DNA from: Bacteroidia bacterium | GTDB lineage: Bacteria; Bacteroidota; Bacteroidia; B-17B0; Aurantibacillaceae | Reading direction: 5' to 3' | Assembly: GCA_044226875.1 (NCBI GenBank) | Contig: JBGAGD010000003.1 | Location: forward strand, 294,601-358,600 | Length of the DNA: 64,000 nt | Part shown: piece after piece, positions 63,170 to 64,000 of the stretch | Layout of the letters: every line of letters starts with the position of its first letter | How positions within the stretch are numbered: the stretch's first letter is position 1 | Notes under the pieces: generated by a model | What the model was told of the DNA's origin: nothing | Seen by the model: the letters and a program-made list of their open reading frames with translations, nothing else | Databases searched by the model: none | Translations under genes and position numbers: made by a program

Positions 63170-64000
63170 CTACTTCTTCCAACTTTTCCCTTTAGCCACT
63201 GCTGGCGCGGTCCATGGGTCATCCGGCCATGAATGTTTGGGATAACGGCGTTGTAATTCTTTCTTTACTTCAAAATAAAGATTGTTCCAAAAACTTTTAA
63301 GATCGGATGTTACCTGTACTGGTTTATATCCCGGAGAAAGCAAATGCATTACTACCGGATTTTTGCCGTTATTTAAAACAGGTGTATCGCCTAAGCCAAA
63401 TACTTCCTGCAAGCGTACCGATAGAACCGGTATGGCTCCGTTTGAAAAATACTGAATTTTAATTTCTGAACCGCTTGGTACTTCCAATTTTTGTGGCGCC
63501 AGTTTATTTAAGGCCTGTTGTTTGTCCCAGTCCAAAGAATGGAATAAGGCTTCGTGCAGATCTATCTTCTTCAGATCATCGGGCTTTTTTATATTTTTTA
63601 AATATGGACCAAGCCAGGTTTTGTTCGTTCTTAATAATTCTGCTGTACTCACATCCGGCCATTTTTCATCAGGGTTCCATATTCTCAAACTCAGGATACG
63701 GTTTTGCAGCTGTGTTATACTCTCATTAAAATCCAGCAAATTTTCGCCTTCTGTTTTAAGAGCATTAGAAATAGCTTCCGTCAAATGTTCCTCAGAAGGC
63801 GCCGCCAGTGGTTTTGACTGTAGAACAATACTTCCGATCTTCAATTCCTTACTGGCAATCAATCCGCCTTTACGTGTATCCCAGGCAATTACTTCCTGCT
63901 CTTTTACCATAGGCAAAAGATCTTTAGGATTTAAAGGCGCTGCTAAAAATATTTTTCCCAAACCATCGCGAAGATCCATATGCGCTACGGCCAGCCAGGC
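63170..64000 (-). CDS. hrpB: ATP-dependent helicase HrpB, C-terminal part (5' end beyond window)
   Basis: LLSPGYKPVQVTSDLKSFWNNLYFEVKKELQRRYPKHSWPDDPW is the HrpB_C signature. The reading frame stays open to position 64000. Confidence 0.8.
   Translation of the reverse strand, partial: AWLAVAHMDLRDGLGKIFLAAPLNPKDLLPMVKEQEVIAWDTRKGGLIASKELKIGSIVLQSKPLAAPSEEHLTEAISNALKTEGENLLDFNESITQLQNRILSLRIWNPDEKWPDVSTAELLRTNKTWLGPYLKNIKKPDDLKKIDLHEALFHSLDWDKQQALNKLAPQKLEVPSGSEIKIQYFSNGAIPVLSVRLQEVFGLGDTPVLNNGKNPVVMHLLSPGYKPVQVTSDLKSFWNNLYFEVKKELQRRYPKHSWPDDPWTAPAVAKGKSWKK

Overview
The window looks like a Bacteroidota chromosome. The evidence is TAnnTTTG -7 promoter boxes, a T9SS C-terminal sorting domain, an ELWxxDGT-repeat protein, GlxA/AraC regulators and DUF4248 proteins. 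It splits into three parts.

(1) Positions ~41-17959 are a tightly packed, almost entirely plus-strand prophage-like module whose left end lies outside the window.
- It opens with a TcmP/DUF5131 (Gp37/Gp68) gene pair, an XRE-ImmA switch gene, two paralogous DUF4248-like small DNA-binding genes and a dense iteron-like repeat region.
- These are followed by many small membrane proteins, a transglutaminase-like protein with long low-complexity tracts, and a run of small beta-rich proteins.
- Next come a membrane-anchored two-repeat annexin-like protein and a lysis cassette: PG-binding protein, Amidase_2 endolysin, a protein with a YkuD-like signature, a holin-like protein and a spanin-like protein.
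- The module ends with a Dam-type methyltransferase and a 718-aa RecA-superfamily ATPase.
- I see no terminase, portal, HK97-type capsid or tail genes inside the window. It may therefore be a tailless, membrane-containing virus-like element, or only part of a larger prophage.

(2) Positions 18014-19876 are a small ArsR-regulated metal-resistance cassette. It holds a MerC-like membrane protein fused to a GDCCVxC Cys-rich domain and an HMA-like-CDF efflux protein, and it directly abuts the phage module.

(3) Positions 20.1-64 kb are mostly ordinary chromosomal genes.
- Stress and housekeeping: Hsp20, a YdjM-like hydrolase, AraC + SDR, S41 peptidase, OmpA-family protein, GNAT, MlaFED-like transporter, and the C-terminal part of HrpB.
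- Regulators: two GlxA-type regulators with small detox genes, a two-component system with tandem YceI genes, and a sigma-54 activator with a hybrid histidine kinase.
- Less ordinary items: two tandem TPR-TM proteins, a small ORF coupled to an M48-like membrane protease, an ELWxxDGT/T9SS protein, and an uncharacterised four-gene secreted-protein operon ending in a GxSxG hydrolase.

No rRNA, tRNA or CRISPR array was recognised. All functional calls rest on motifs read by eye from the translations. No database search or computation was run.
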